A stretch of DNA of 55,822 bases, taken from positions 1 through 55,822 of IMG/VR virus record IMGVR_UViG_3300020469_000059; one strand, given 5' to 3'. Positions 7,401 to 17,364 of the stretch are shown piece after piece (within the stretch, counting starts at the first letter, position 1; the number at the start of each line of letters is the position of its first letter). The notes under the pieces were generated by a model. It was given only the letters and a program-made list of their open reading frames with translations, was not told the DNA's origin and did not search any database. The position numbers were made by a program, and so were the translations under genes. The DNA is from a virus (lineage: Duplodnaviria; Caudoviricetes).

Positions 7401-10400
7401 GGATCAATCGGCGGAAGGCTTCTGGAAGCTCGCCAGCGAACACCTTATTCAGGAACTCCATGATGAAGTTCTGTGGCTTTCCGGTCTCGGTCTCGTATAC
7501 AGGGATCTCAAGGAGATCGACCACTGCGGAGAAGTCTATGTTCGATCCTGTCTGCTGGCCGGACGGCGCGGCTGCGGCTGCGGCTGCGGTGGGGGCTGAA
7601 TACAGAGGTAGTTTTACGGTCTCAGCTCCCTCGTCCGCTTTTCTAAATATAAGTTCGCGTTGAGAAACACCAACGGACGGTGGGAAGATGCTGTCTTCCT
7701 CCGATTTTTTAATTGGATCTGTGTTGCCGTCATAGGGGTCGGCTGCTTTTTTGGGGTTAGGTTTCTTAGCCGAGTAAACTACGTCTTTCCACAGGTTGGA
7801 CTCACTCAGAACGTGGACTACAGGTGTCTCACCCGAAGTGCTGCGTATAGAATATGGGTATGAGTCATGGAAGTCAGTCTCGACGGCTTCGACCTCTCCC
7901 TTCATCGAGAGAACAGCGTAAACCCGCCCAGATGCTTTCTTATCCATTTGCTGAAATTGCTGGAAGGTCTTGACCAGCGGCTCTGCAAAAAGATCTGCCA
8001 TGCCCTGCATGACTGATGCCTGTGCGAGTTTGCCTTGAGGTATGTTACCTTTATTGTATAGGTTCTTGTCACCAGCCAGAAGATCAGCTATGTTCAAAGC
8101 CTGATTTTTCTTTTTATCGAAAGCAGCTTTTTCCTTTGGGCTGAACTTCTTCTGAACTTCCACTGTCGGCAGTTTCATGCTGTCAGCTATTGCTGACGAT
8201 ATCTGAGCGATAAAGGAACCACGTTGTGGGAACACTGACTCTTCAGGGTGGAGATTCTTTTTCATCTCCTCTATGTTTTTAGCCAGTCCGTCTTTCAGCT
8301 TCAGTTTCCTTGAAAATTCTTTGATGGTGGTCGTCTCGACTCCTGTATCTTTGTCTTTCTTTTTAACAACTAATCTCTCTTTACTGGCGTTAACAATAGC
8401 ACGGTTTACGACCGCCTCAGTGATCCCATACTTCTTGGGGTTCTTGGCTAGAGTGGCGAACAGGTTGACCGCTCCCGTAGCCATTGTTGTGGAGCTAAAC
8501 ATCTTCTCGATGGGAGCGGACGTGAGAGCCATAAGAATAGTTCCGTTGTTGCGCTTGGATATCTTGTTAAGGTTTTCCGCCATGTTCACAGCGGCGTCCT
8601 TGGTAGATGCCCAGAAATACCCTTGGTCACCGAACATGACTGGGTAGTAAACACCTCCCTTGCCGTCTACGACCTTATCGCCCTCGACCTCCAGTGTGCC
8701 TGCCATTGCGCCGTCAGGTTGGTGGAGCATGACGGCCATTCCCTCAAACTGGTCGAGGGATTGCTGTATCTTAATGTATCCGTTCTTGATCTTCTCGTAA
8801 AACTTCCCGTCTTCTTTGACGTAGATGTGTTTGACTATGGGATCACTCGCACTGGCGATTTCTGGTGGGGTCTCTATTGGGGCTGAGGAGAGTCTTCTGG
8901 CTGCTCCTCTAATCGGGAGAGAGTCAGGTCCAGTATCAGATCTTGCTGCGCTTGCGAGGATAGGATCTCCTCCGTCTCTTGGAAGAGGGCTTCCAATTCT
9001 TCGTTCGATGTCGTTTCTTTCATAAAGTGTTTCTAAGTAACCGTTATAACTAACGGGCGTTTCTCCAGATTTTCTTATAGAGGCTCCCCATAAAGCGGCT
9101 TGAACTTCTCTGGGTTCCCACCCTAAAGTATTAGCTACTTCAGTCAAGACCTTTTCTGCTTTTTCAAACTGAGCTTTACTAGGCGATGTCTTATTGAAGA
9201 GCATACGAGCAACGTGTCTATCAACAACAACTTTACTCGTATCACCAGCAGAGGCTTTATCGTAGTTAGATATCTTCCTCCCACTCAGCTCTTCATCGTC
9301 CCTGATTTTATCAAGGTTACTAGCTACTCCTTTAAGGTATCCTTTTCCTTTACTGTCGAGGAAAGGCTCCCCCCGCTTCATCTGGCCATACGCTTTAAGG
9401 GCTAAAGCGACATTGGATTTCACACTTGCGGCCTGTGAGGTAGCACTGAGAATTCTCTGGAATAGTTCAGCGTCGGGGCCGAAGTAGTCTTTCAAAAGAG
9501 CTTCGTGTCGATCATAGAAGTCTTTCCAATCTTTTGAGGTTTCAACTGCTTCAATGATCTCTTTTCGGGTCATGCGTAATCTCAAAGAGTTTTTCTTTTT
9601 AACTCTTTTTATAACAGCGTCTTCTACCGGAGCAGACGCTAAACCAACGAAGTCCTGATTCACGGTTCCGAACATCCTGAAAGCCTCCATCGGGTTTTCA
9701 GGATTGAACGCCATCTTCGTGGGCTGGCGGACGAAACCTACCTCGATAGCTCGCATCTCAATAATCAACTTATTGAGGGCGATATCTGCTGCGGCTCCGA
9801 TCTTTTTACGGTTGGCGACCCATCGGTTGATGATCCCCCTAAAGTAACGATTCAGAATCCTAAGTAAGGAAGGCTTTGATTTCCAGAATTGGGTGTCGTC
9901 CTCAGTAGTGAAACCCCGTGTGACCTTCTGGAGGTGCATACGAAGTTTCTCTTCCGCCAACTGATACTTGGCGTCTGCGACTTCTTGAGGGTCAGATGAC
10001 TGAAGTCTCGCCAGCATGGTCGCGAGTCCACTTTCGTTTCCGACGAGGTATTCTTTAGCGATGTCCACGTAGTCTGAGTCAGAAAGACTGTTGATGTAAT
10101 TCTGAATCTCTTCGTCGGTCAAAGCGTTGAAGCTGGCGTTATGGGTCAGCTCCTCGTTGATTATAACACCAGCGATTGCGCGTCCGGCGATGTCACTAAC
10201 GTCGCCTGTCTGGCTCAACATAACAGGCAGGTTTATGAAGATCGCTGAAGAATCAGGGTCCACAAAGGCAGCACTGCCGCCGGACTCAGTAGTGAGTTTT
10301 ATGTCTATGCCCACCGGAACCAGACCCCTGATGTAATTGTATAGTTCTCTTACTTTAGGTCGGTCTGCCTCTGGAACACCTTCAAGGAATCTCTCAGCAT

Positions 10401-13400
10401 CTTCCACGTCTTTCTGACGCTTCGCTTCAAGACGTGCCTGCTCTGTCTCGCGCTGCATCTCGCGCAACGCCTCTGCCCTCTCGATCCGAGACTCGGTTTG
10501 GGCAACTGGTGAACTGTATAACGTCGCTGCATTAGCGACCTGACCGCCCAAAGCTTTGGCGTTGGTGGTCGTTGTCGAGCGGGTATTACCACCCACGTTG
10601 ATAACATCCTCAAGAGATTCTGCTACTTTGCTGGCGTCACCTCTACCTACATTAGGGAACAGCATGGCTAGGTTAGTCAGGAAGCGGGAGAAAAATGAGG
10701 ATCTGTTGGGGGCTGGTTTGAGATCCCTAACGTGCTTCTGCACTTCTTCCGATAACAAGAACTGAGCGGTGAACTCATTAAGATCGACAAGAGCGTTCTC
10801 AAGAGACGGGACGGGTCCGCTTCTTTCTTTCTGCGATTCGTAAGACTCTTTTGCGGAGTCGAAAACAGCGGATAACTGTTTGAGTGTAGTCTGGACTTGA
10901 GACGATTTCTCCGCGATTTGAGCCTCAGTAGCTGAAGTGGTATCAGAAATAAATGCGTGGACGTATTCCTCAAGTAGTGTGTTGACGAGACCTCGACCGT
11001 TTCCAGATGTCACGTTGATAAACACAGTGTGCGAGCCGTCGTTCCCCTTGATGTATTTGCCTGCGATGTCGGCGGTTGTTTCCCCCAACACAAACTTAAC
11101 CCCTTTGATCAAATCAGTGTCACGCAGAAGCAGGTCAGCTACGACTTTGTGAGACGGGTTATCTGAATTTTTAGCGACCTCTTTAAGGGCTTTGATGACG
11201 CTGTCAGGGTTCCCACTCTCAAGACCCAGTCTCTCGATATCAGCCTCGTTCTCAGCCTTGATGGTCGCCCTCTCGGCGGCAGAGATGTTAGATCTCGATA
11301 GGTGGGTGCGGACTGCTTTAGTTAAAGCAATCATTGTGTTCCTCGCCTCGTCAATAGAGATCTGTGTCCCCACGGCGTCAGTGAACAGAGCTTGGAAATA
11401 GCTCACAGCGTCAGAGTTCTCGTAGCTCGCACCGTCCGAGCGGGTTGCGAAGTTGACGAGAAGTAGCGCGTTCAGAAAATCTGTGCCGCTGGTCGAGAGT
11501 TCATTTTTCTCGATAGCATCCACAAGCTTATTAACAGATGGTCTGGTGTCGCCGTTTCCAGATGACATCCATGAAGTAAACAGCCCGAACACGTCTTCGG
11601 CACTCGCGTTCTCAACCATGCCCTTCATCTCAGGAGTGGGGTCGTTCAAGACCTCATCAAGGATAATCTTGTTGACCTCTCTGCGTAAGTCTGGGCTGGT
11701 ATTCACCGCCCCAATCGCGGTGTCTATCGCTCCAGATACTGCGTCGCTTATATCTTGTGGAGAAGCAAGTTCACCGTCAGGGTTACGCCCGAAGTTAGCG
11801 ATCCAACCGCTTACTTTAGCGTTCCTGAACTCAGCGGGGGCTACGTCGAACGGGAGGGTGGAGACCGCTCTCTGTTCTCTAAGGGAGTTGGCGTCGTCCT
11901 GTTGCAACTTAAACTCATCGGTAGCTTTTCTAAGTAGCGTGTCGAAGGTAGGCGTCGCGTTGTTAGCGAAGTCGGGGTTGTTCTGGAGTTTCTGCTCCAC
12001 AAATAATCCTATAACCGCCCCGCCCGTAAGGTTGATGTTAGACTCTACTTTAACAAACGGTAAAAGTTTTTGGGCTGCTTGCTCTACATTTTTAGATCCT
12101 GTCTGAGCCACCACTTCGTCTATAATTGTGGCAGGGTTAGAGAGTAACTTCTCGCGGAGACTGAACAACTGCGCGTTGAACAAGAATTCTTGCTTGGCCG
12201 ACTCTAACGAAGCGGCGTGGAACTCAAGACCACGCTCACCGCTGAGAATTTTAAACCGTGCTTGAACGTCGTCGTTCGTCTCGTCTCCGGTCTTCTCCAG
12301 CTCAAGGGCGAATCTATTGATTCTATTTTTAATGTCAGTAGTGCTAGCGAAAAACTTTCCCTCTATGGGTCCGCCGTTTTCTGGGTCGAAGTCTGCGACG
12401 CCGTTTGGTAGGGCGGCTGGCTTGAACGGGATACTGGCTAAGGCAGCAGCTCTCGCGTTGTTCGGCTCAATCGAACTAACGTCCCTCGCGTTACCGAGCT
12501 TAGACTCTAGCAGGCGACCGTCGGCGGTAGGCCCGACCACGTCAGTAACCCTCCCGTCCGTGATTCGGATAGCGGGGTTGAGGTTTGCCCTATTAAAACT
12601 GCGGGGAACCTTAACGATTCTACCAGACTTCAAGATCTCGATAATGGAGATCGGGTCGTTATCGAATATGCCGTTACCACTATCATCAACAAAAAATTTA
12701 ACGGGCTGTCTTTCGGTCTTACCGGATACGGGATCGAAGTAAGTCCTTTTCGGTCGTTTACTGGTGTCGAGCTTTGCGTTCTTTGGAGGAGCGAGCTTAG
12801 GGTAAGCGGTGTAGACCGCAGAAGCCACAAACTCTGACAGGGACTGCCGTGACGATTCAGACGGCATCGGCAAACCATAGTTTACGTTGGGGTCGAGGTT
12901 AAGCGGGAAGCCGTGGCTGATCGCGAAGTCGATGAGCTTGTTAGCTTTCTCTTCTGCGTCAGGGCCACTGAAGGGAGGGTCATCAAACCTAAGTGTGCCT
13001 GACGACGGCCTTGAAGAATACCGCTTTGACTTAGACGGGTCGAAGCCACGGCTGTTGCTGTTGGTCGAACTTATGTTGGTTCTGGACTCACCTTGAAGGG
13101 AAACACCAACGGACTCTGCGTTAGTTTGTTCTTGGGTGAAGTCGATACTAGGACCGCCAGCGTAGTCTTTAATTTTTCTAGGGGATTTACGACCGTAATC
13201 AAAAGGAGTCTCGGCAGCTGGGACTGAAGGGTCTTCGATGCCCTCAATTTTAAGAACCGTGGTATCCTCACTATTATTAAAGTTGATATTCTGCTGGTTT
13301 CGGATGTTCTCGAAAGCGATCTCAACGTCAAGTGGGCTGGCCTCGTTTAGGGACTGCAAGAACACCTCTGGATCTACCTGCTGGTCAGTAAGTGTAACAT

Positions 13401-16275
13401 CAGGAGTAGTGGGTGACTGTGAGGCAACTCTAAAGTTTTGTTCCTCTTCTGAGAGGGCCATGCTCTCCTGCCCAAGCTCTATTTTCCGTTGTTCGCGGAC
13501 GGCGACCTCGGCTTCTCGCTCCTCCTCATTTTCAGGTAGGGTCGATTCGTCATCGAGTTTAGATATCTCTTGGGCGATCTCCTTACTTCTTTTAGCGTTC
13601 TTTGTTCTTAGTAGCGTCTCCTCAGTAACAGTCTCAGATACCTCTGAGGGGAGTAATGGTGCTGGTTCAGGCGCAGGCGAAGCCGCACCACCCCTTATAC
13701 GGGTCATCATTAGCTCACGAACCTGCGCGGCGGCGAGCGGACTACCTGTTCCTTCAAGCTCAGAAGAAACTTGTTCAGCGAAATCATTCATCATCCGAAT
13801 ACGCTGCTCTAGCTGATCCATCGGGGTAACGCCTAAGCGACCTCCAACGGACTGAATAGCGGGAACACCGCCACCGAGAATACCGCCAACTTGTGCGGCG
13901 TGCCACACCTGCTTCATCCTCTCAAGGATCGGCGTGTCCTGATTAAGTGCCACGTCTTCAACGAATGAATTGACTAACTCATCAACACCTTCTTCAAAAC
14001 CTTCATCGACAACATTCTTTACGATCCTCTTTCCAAGAGTAGCGGCCCCATACTTCTTGATGGAGTCGTTCATTACTTTTGTCATGGTTATTTTGACGGT
14101 CTCATCAGTGATGCCTCCCGTGTTACCCATTGCTTGGAAAAGCTTTTTAGATTCTCTAAAGGTCATGCCTTTAAGCAAGGCGTCCTCAACACCTCCGCGA
14201 CCTATCGCACTGAAGCCAGAAGTGATCACACCTGTGATCGCGCCAGAGGTTATGGCAAAGCCTAAAGCCCTGTCGTGGGCTTCCTCTTCGGTGAGGTTAG
14301 GGTCTTTACGTAGCTGGTTGTAAAGTGAGCCATAGCTCATCGCTCCGCTGCGTGTGGCTGCTGGAACGAAGGTCGCGACCCCCAAATTAAACTTACTGGA
14401 GGCTGCTTTGTTAAATGCTTCGATAGCTTCGATGGTCTTGTCGCGGCCTCCTTTTTCCGCCGACTCCCTGATAAGATCTTTAGCGGCCTTCTCTGCCACT
14501 TCTTTATAACCTTCTTTCGAGCTAGCTCTAAGAACATTACTGGTAAGTGCTTTACCTAGTCCCTTAGCGGTGAGCTGCGCTCCGCCTTTCGTGATACTTC
14601 TCACGGCCAAGTAACCCGCTCCAGCAGCACCACTGGAAACTGAAGCTAACACAGTCGTAGCGGCTATGTCCACGATAAGGGGCGCAACACTTTCGGACAC
14701 GTCTTGGAACAGGCCGTATTGCTCACCAAAAATCTGCGCGACCTCGCGGCGGTCAGACTGTCTCTGAGCCGCATTAGAGAGACCGTCTTTGGCCCAGTCC
14801 GCGCCCATAGCAGCGGGAGCGATATACAGAAGGCTGGCGACAGAGTCCCAGACAGAGTAGGCGATTCCCTTAGCACTGTCCAAGTATTCATTGAAGTTCT
14901 CATCCTTAGCGATGAAATCATCGAAGATGTCTAGGTCATCTCTTCCGGCCTGTCTGCCGGACACAAGAGCTTTCGCCCAGTCGTCACCGACGGCGGACTC
15001 AGACAGGAGCTTGCTGTAGCTCGCGAAGTTTTGTTTGAGAACCTGAACACGGTTATCGGTGAAAAGTTTTTTCTGCTGGGCGGTAAGTTCAGGGTGCGCG
15101 GCAAGAGTATTAACCATGTCCTCTTCACGGGCAAAGACTGCGGGGTTCAGGACTGGGCCAAGCGCGGTCTTGTAAAGGTTCTTACCCGCTTCAGACGGGT
15201 CTTGATGTAACTTAAACGCTCCGGTCCTAGCTCCCTCATTAATAACATGGGCTTCGTAAGCTGCGCGGACATCGTCGGGGCTGTAATTAGCTCCAGAACC
15301 GTTCAGCTTCTCAGTGACATACTCAATCGTATCGTCAAAGGATTGGCGGCTAGCGATATAAATCCTCTTTTTCTTGGAGTTGCTCTCCTCCGATTCAACG
15401 CCAGCAAATGTCAATAGATCGCTAATTCCCCGCGTGACGGTTCCACTTACAGAATCAAAAGCATTCTGATCTTTTCTGGCGAGTTGGCGAGTGTGTCCGG
15501 TAACGTGTTCCGCAACTGAGGCGTCCTGTTGGGCCAACTCAGCGATGCCTTCGGAGATCTCTGCGATCTGCTTGAATTTGTAAAGTTTAACGTCAAGCCC
15601 AGCGACAGGGGAAAGAAGCTTTTGAGCTACCAGACCGTCTTTAAACGACACACCTCCGATCTTGGAGGCTTTGATCGCCTGATTTACGGTCATGTTCTCG
15701 GCGGCGTCGCCGACTAACAGTTCGCGCTCGCCATTTTCATTAGTGACATAAGCCAACGGAATCTGGTTACTCTCCACCAGATTTCTCTTAACCTCATCAA
15801 ATCGGCGGTTAACAACTTCTTCAGACTTTAGTTTAAGACCAGCTATTTTATCTTGGTAAGGCTGGACAGTACCACCAGCGGCTACGACTTTCTCGCCTGC
15901 CTTATACTCAGTGAGGGTCATCCAGTCTTCGTCATCACTGTTCAGTCCGGCGCGGACATACTCAAACTTTTCCTCAAACGACGGCTCCTTGGTAGCTGTA
16001 AGAGCTTGAATAGCTTCTTCGTCTACCACACCGAGGTCAGCTAACTTAGAATTCAGTGATCCACTAATCTCTCCTTCAACACTAGGGGTGTAAGCCCCCT
16101 GTTCAAGGTAGCCCTCACGGACGTAATCCGAATACTGGACGTAGCTCTGAGGGTCAGCTTCGGTTAATTGATTCTCCTCTGACCAAACAGAAAAGGGTTT
16201 AAGTTCGGGCGGTTTAGGAGCCTCTGTGATCAGAGACTTATCAAAGTCGGTAAGGGAAGAATTCAAATCAGTCAT
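4450..16275 (-). CDS. Giant (3941 aa) modular internal virion/ejection protein of large polyvalent protein type
   Basis: Ala/Gly-rich amphipathic N-terminal region, two zincin-like EExxH segments, an HhH-glycosylase-like domain and a helical C-terminal domain typical of podovirus internal proteins; last gene of the ejection cluster. Confidence 0.8.
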   Translation of the reverse strand: MTDLNSSLTDFDKSLITEAPKPPELKPFSVWSEENQLTEADPQSYVQYSDYVREGYLEQGAYTPSVEGEISGSLNSKLADLGVVDEEAIQALTATKEPSFEEKFEYVRAGLNSDDEDWMTLTEYKAGEKVVAAGGTVQPYQDKIAGLKLKSEEVVNRRFDEVKRNLVESNQIPLAYVTNENGERELLVGDAAENMTVNQAIKASKIGGVSFKDGLVAQKLLSPVAGLDVKLYKFKQIAEISEGIAELAQQDASVAEHVTGHTRQLARKDQNAFDSVSGTVTRGISDLLTFAGVESEESNSKKKRIYIASRQSFDDTIEYVTEKLNGSGANYSPDDVRAAYEAHVINEGARTGAFKLHQDPSEAGKNLYKTALGPVLNPAVFAREEDMVNTLAAHPELTAQQKKLFTDNRVQVLKQNFASYSKLLSESAVGDDWAKALVSGRQAGRDDLDIFDDFIAKDENFNEYLDSAKGIAYSVWDSVASLLYIAPAAMGADWAKDGLSNAAQRQSDRREVAQIFGEQYGLFQDVSESVAPLIVDIAATTVLASVSSGAAGAGYLAVRSITKGGAQLTAKGLGKALTSNVLRASSKEGYKEVAEKAAKDLIRESAEKGGRDKTIEAIEAFNKAASSKFNLGVATFVPAATRSGAMSYGSLYNQLRKDPNLTEEEAHDRALGFAITSGAITGVITSGFSAIGRGGVEDALLKGMTFRESKKLFQAMGNTGGITDETVKITMTKVMNDSIKKYGAATLGKRIVKNVVDEGFEEGVDELVNSFVEDVALNQDTPILERMKQVWHAAQVGGILGGGVPAIQSVGGRLGVTPMDQLEQRIRMMNDFAEQVSSELEGTGSPLAAAQVRELMMTRIRGGAASPAPEPAPLLPSEVSETVTEETLLRTKNAKRSKEIAQEISKLDDESTLPENEEEREAEVAVREQRKIELGQESMALSEEEQNFRVASQSPTTPDVTLTDQQVDPEVFLQSLNEASPLDVEIAFENIRNQQNINFNNSEDTTVLKIEGIEDPSVPAAETPFDYGRKSPRKIKDYAGGPSIDFTQEQTNAESVGVSLQGESRTNISSTNSNSRGFDPSKSKRYSSRPSSGTLRFDDPPFSGPDAEEKANKLIDFAISHGFPLNLDPNVNYGLPMPSESSRQSLSEFVASAVYTAYPKLAPPKNAKLDTSKRPKRTYFDPVSGKTERQPVKFFVDDSGNGIFDNDPISIIEILKSGRIVKVPRSFNRANLNPAIRITDGRVTDVVGPTADGRLLESKLGNARDVSSIEPNNARAAALASIPFKPAALPNGVADFDPENGGPIEGKFFASTTDIKNRINRFALELEKTGDETNDDVQARFKILSGERGLEFHAASLESAKQEFLFNAQLFSLREKLLSNPATIIDEVVAQTGSKNVEQAAQKLLPFVKVESNINLTGGAVIGLFVEQKLQNNPDFANNATPTFDTLLRKATDEFKLQQDDANSLREQRAVSTLPFDVAPAEFRNAKVSGWIANFGRNPDGELASPQDISDAVSGAIDTAIGAVNTSPDLRREVNKIILDEVLNDPTPEMKGMVENASAEDVFGLFTSWMSSGNGDTRPSVNKLVDAIEKNELSTSGTDFLNALLLVNFATRSDGASYENSDAVSYFQALFTDAVGTQISIDEARNTMIALTKAVRTHLSRSNISAAERATIKAENEADIERLGLESGNPDSVIKALKEVAKNSDNPSHKVVADLLLRDTDLIKGVKFVLGETTADIAGKYIKGNDGSHTVFINVTSGNGRGLVNTLLEEYVHAFISDTTSATEAQIAEKSSQVQTTLKQLSAVFDSAKESYESQKERSGPVPSLENALVDLNEFTAQFLLSEEVQKHVRDLKPAPNRSSFFSRFLTNLAMLFPNVGRGDASKVAESLEDVINVGGNTRSTTTTNAKALGGQVANAATLYSSPVAQTESRIERAEALREMQRETEQARLEAKRQKDVEDAERFLEGVPEADRPKVRELYNYIRGLVPVGIDIKLTTESGGSAAFVDPDSSAIFINLPVMLSQTGDVSDIAGRAIAGVIINEELTHNASFNALTDEEIQNYINSLSDSDYVDIAKEYLVGNESGLATMLARLQSSDPQEVADAKYQLAEEKLRMHLQKVTRGFTTEDDTQFWKSKPSLLRILNRYFRGIINRWVANRKKIGAAADIALNKLIIEMRAIEVGFVRQPTKMAFNPENPMEAFRMFGTVNQDFVGLASAPVEDAVIKRVKKKNSLRLRMTRKEIIEAVETSKDWKDFYDRHEALLKDYFGPDAELFQRILSATSQAASVKSNVALALKAYGQMKRGEPFLDSKGKGYLKGVASNLDKIRDDEELSGRKISNYDKASAGDTSKVVVDRHVARMLFNKTSPSKAQFEKAEKVLTEVANTLGWEPREVQAALWGASIRKSGETPVSYNGYLETLYERNDIERRIGSPLPRDGGDPILASAARSDTGPDSLPIRGAARRLSSAPIETPPEIASASDPIVKHIYVKEDGKFYEKIKNGYIKIQQSLDQFEGMAVMLHQPDGAMAGTLEVEGDKVVDGKGGVYYPVMFGDQGYFWASTKDAAVNMAENLNKISKRNNGTILMALTSAPIEKMFSSTTMATGAVNLFATLAKNPKKYGITEAVVNRAIVNASKERLVVKKKDKDTGVETTTIKEFSRKLKLKDGLAKNIEEMKKNLHPEESVFPQRGSFIAQISSAIADSMKLPTVEVQKKFSPKEKAAFDKKKNQALNIADLLAGDKNLYNKGNIPQGKLAQASVMQGMADLFAEPLVKTFQQFQQMDKKASGRVYAVLSMKGEVEAVETDFHDSYPYSIRSTSGETPVVHVLSESNLWKDVVYSAKKPNPKKAADPYDGNTDPIKKSEEDSIFPPSVGVSQRELIFRKADEGAETVKLPLYSAPTAAAAAAAPSGQQTGSNIDFSAVVDLLEIPVYETETGKPQNFIMEFLNKVFAGELPEAFRRLIQNRDAYKRLTEANVVTYKKKMDKLIKETYGDYENAPMEMIALAQGHYTGNMVTDEVLDAIEKDYDDAHADAERKRKAGEITDEQANSLKGLAHNARTEATDRAYEEARKSREADRDAALRDLAKDSPELAAHIIDIRQELIIPLQKKLVDSGLDKNIGAKISKTGGIYITRSYRMFTDSSYLQKVREDPDYQDVRDAAMEFFEDQYIKTKAKELFEGGMDESRAKVEARILLERENQSSPHGSYAQGSLNTFLMQYEKGGRDSTTATPKSYKMIEDNLRRRKELPEPIRNLLGEIGSESGIDLILRTYSTVATIASQQAFLNQMVAYGKRTGVMITVKEKLATAESRAKYANFEAARSGAPSKNDPLSGMLVDPEFKEILDVALMDSLSMGYADTAEKAVKGVVGLAANLSGKAMAAKTLGSIGFYLRNGIGNILFGTSQGFFRYDKMVSEMLKGTYDLRPFKDGEIDPELNELIGLNIKGDELRAGVLRDLLNGKVTPDGIRKQIEDLGEKTKLNKVTKGLAMIEKKAQDLSAALDAAYKIVYYNHELAILMEAKAADTSTVKDGKVGVNNLAAMSDTQIKRLAARKVVMTSQAYSQAPPAVAAFTKSGLGLLFAPFIRFKMEVPRIMINTFKLASEEIASGNPVLVRRGRFRKYSMMGTIGVLSSALPMALAALSGIGDEEDEAMRASIPDYLRGHTFFYYRWNGELKSVDLTYVNPYSLLVDPFLRGYENIRRGEFTEAGAAIALGLVRDQYLDDQILAGAVSEARRNLNPSTGKPIWNKGADGPMEAGSKILGHIAKEAYAPRLGKDFYEGWSTGSLTGMGLEIMDGAMPFRIHDVDLQKQYSRYLLDLNNRFNNVKSGLNAVKRNVPMSDGEVADIIDENIEDRRLLNYELMRINKGFASLGLTDTDLLKGMKDKKLGRDRVALLSKGYMDRPSFKYIIESLLDPRTDEYGRARAQQVYDHASKLNRYIPVRPITESE

Positions 16276-16311
16276 AGCTGAAGAGGTTTGTGTTGTGTTG
16301 TTTGGTAGAGT

Positions 16312-17343
16312 TTAAGTATTGATGAGTGAGTTTATTGTGCTTGCCTTTTTAGGCTGGCCGTATTGTCCAAGAAGCCTGCGTTGTTCTAAGACTTTAGAAT
16401 AGGTCGCTCGAAAAAGATCTTTAAGATCCGCATCCTTTAAGGCTTCTCTGTCCACCTTAAAACCAGACCTAGACATGACATCAATATAAGTCTCTTTAAG
16501 TCTTATTTCGTCAGTGTCCTCCAAGTTAAAGCCATCAGATACTTTATCGACAATCTGCTGAATGTCTCCGCCAGCCTTTGGTGCGGTCATATTTTCCCAT
16601 TGATTCTGCGTGGACTTGGTAGTCATGCCCTTTAAGAGGCTTTCAAACTCTTTGTAGCGAGCGTCTACTTTTCCTATAGCCGCAGCCTCAGTCTCAGCCA
16701 TCAATTTATCGTATGCCGCTTTCGTTTTTGTGTCCTTTGCGTCTTTAAACACATCGGATAGGCCGATGTAGGCTTGCTCTGCGTCGTCAACTTCAGGTCC
16801 GGCTAATTTTCTTGTTAGGTCAGTAGCCCCCTGTTGAGCGGCCATTGTCATAAGGCCGAACTTGCGGGACTCCTCTTTCGCTGCTTCGCGTTCTTCTTTT
16901 TCTTGGCGGATGCGATCCACGTTAAGTGCATCATTAGCAGAGGTGAAAAGAGTCCCGATAAGCGGGTTGTTTTGCATGGAAGGAGCATACTGCATCTGGA
17001 GACCGATCAAATCCTTGGTCGCAGTATACGAATCCTTTTCAGGATCGTTCGTAATGGCGTCGAGCTGACTCATGAGGTCAGGCAGCTTTTCCATGAAATC
17101 TAGCTGGGACTTAGCCTTCTGGCGAGACTGCGCCAGACTGAACTTCTGCGTTTCATAGGCTAGGTCTTGTCTCTGCATTGACATAGCGTGCTGCTCCAGC
17201 TTCATAGTGTGCATCTGCATAGGCATAAAGACTTTCTGATGGTAGTCCATCGCTTGATCGAAACCTCTGTCGCCAGCGAGCATTGGAAAATACTGCTGGC
17301 GTAGTGGGGCGATGTCTTGGTTGTAGTCTAGTATCGTAGCCAT
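16312..17343 (-). CDS. Putative internal virion/ejection protein
   Basis: Helical, Q/M/A-rich, directly upstream of the giant protein. Confidence 0.6.
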   Translation of the reverse strand: MATILDYNQDIAPLRQQYFPMLAGDRGFDQAMDYHQKVFMPMQMHTMKLEQHAMSMQRQDLAYETQKFSLAQSRQKAKSQLDFMEKLPDLMSQLDAITNDPEKDSYTATKDLIGLQMQYAPSMQNNPLIGTLFTSANDALNVDRIRQEKEEREAAKEESRKFGLMTMAAQQGATDLTRKLAGPEVDDAEQAYIGLSDVFKDAKDTKTKAAYDKLMAETEAAAIGKVDARYKEFESLLKGMTTKSTQNQWENMTAPKAGGDIQQIVDKVSDGFNLEDTDEIRLKETYIDVMSRSGFKVDREALKDADLKDLFRATYSKVLEQRRLLGQYGQPKKASTINSLINT

Positions 17344-17364
17344 TTTAGTAGTTACTTGTAAAAT

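Noticed and set aside
5330-16044. Many + strand ORFs opposite the giant gene, and similar antisense ORFs elsewhere
   Set aside because: Shadow ORFs of the real genes, with no motifs or expression signals
4450-16275. Virion RNA polymerase (N4- or crAss-type), suggested by size and the early hairpins
   Set aside because: No DxDGD/DFDID motif and no convincing T7-type motif A/B/C set found by eye; content fits a polyvalent ejection protein. A profile search is needed to exclude it fully
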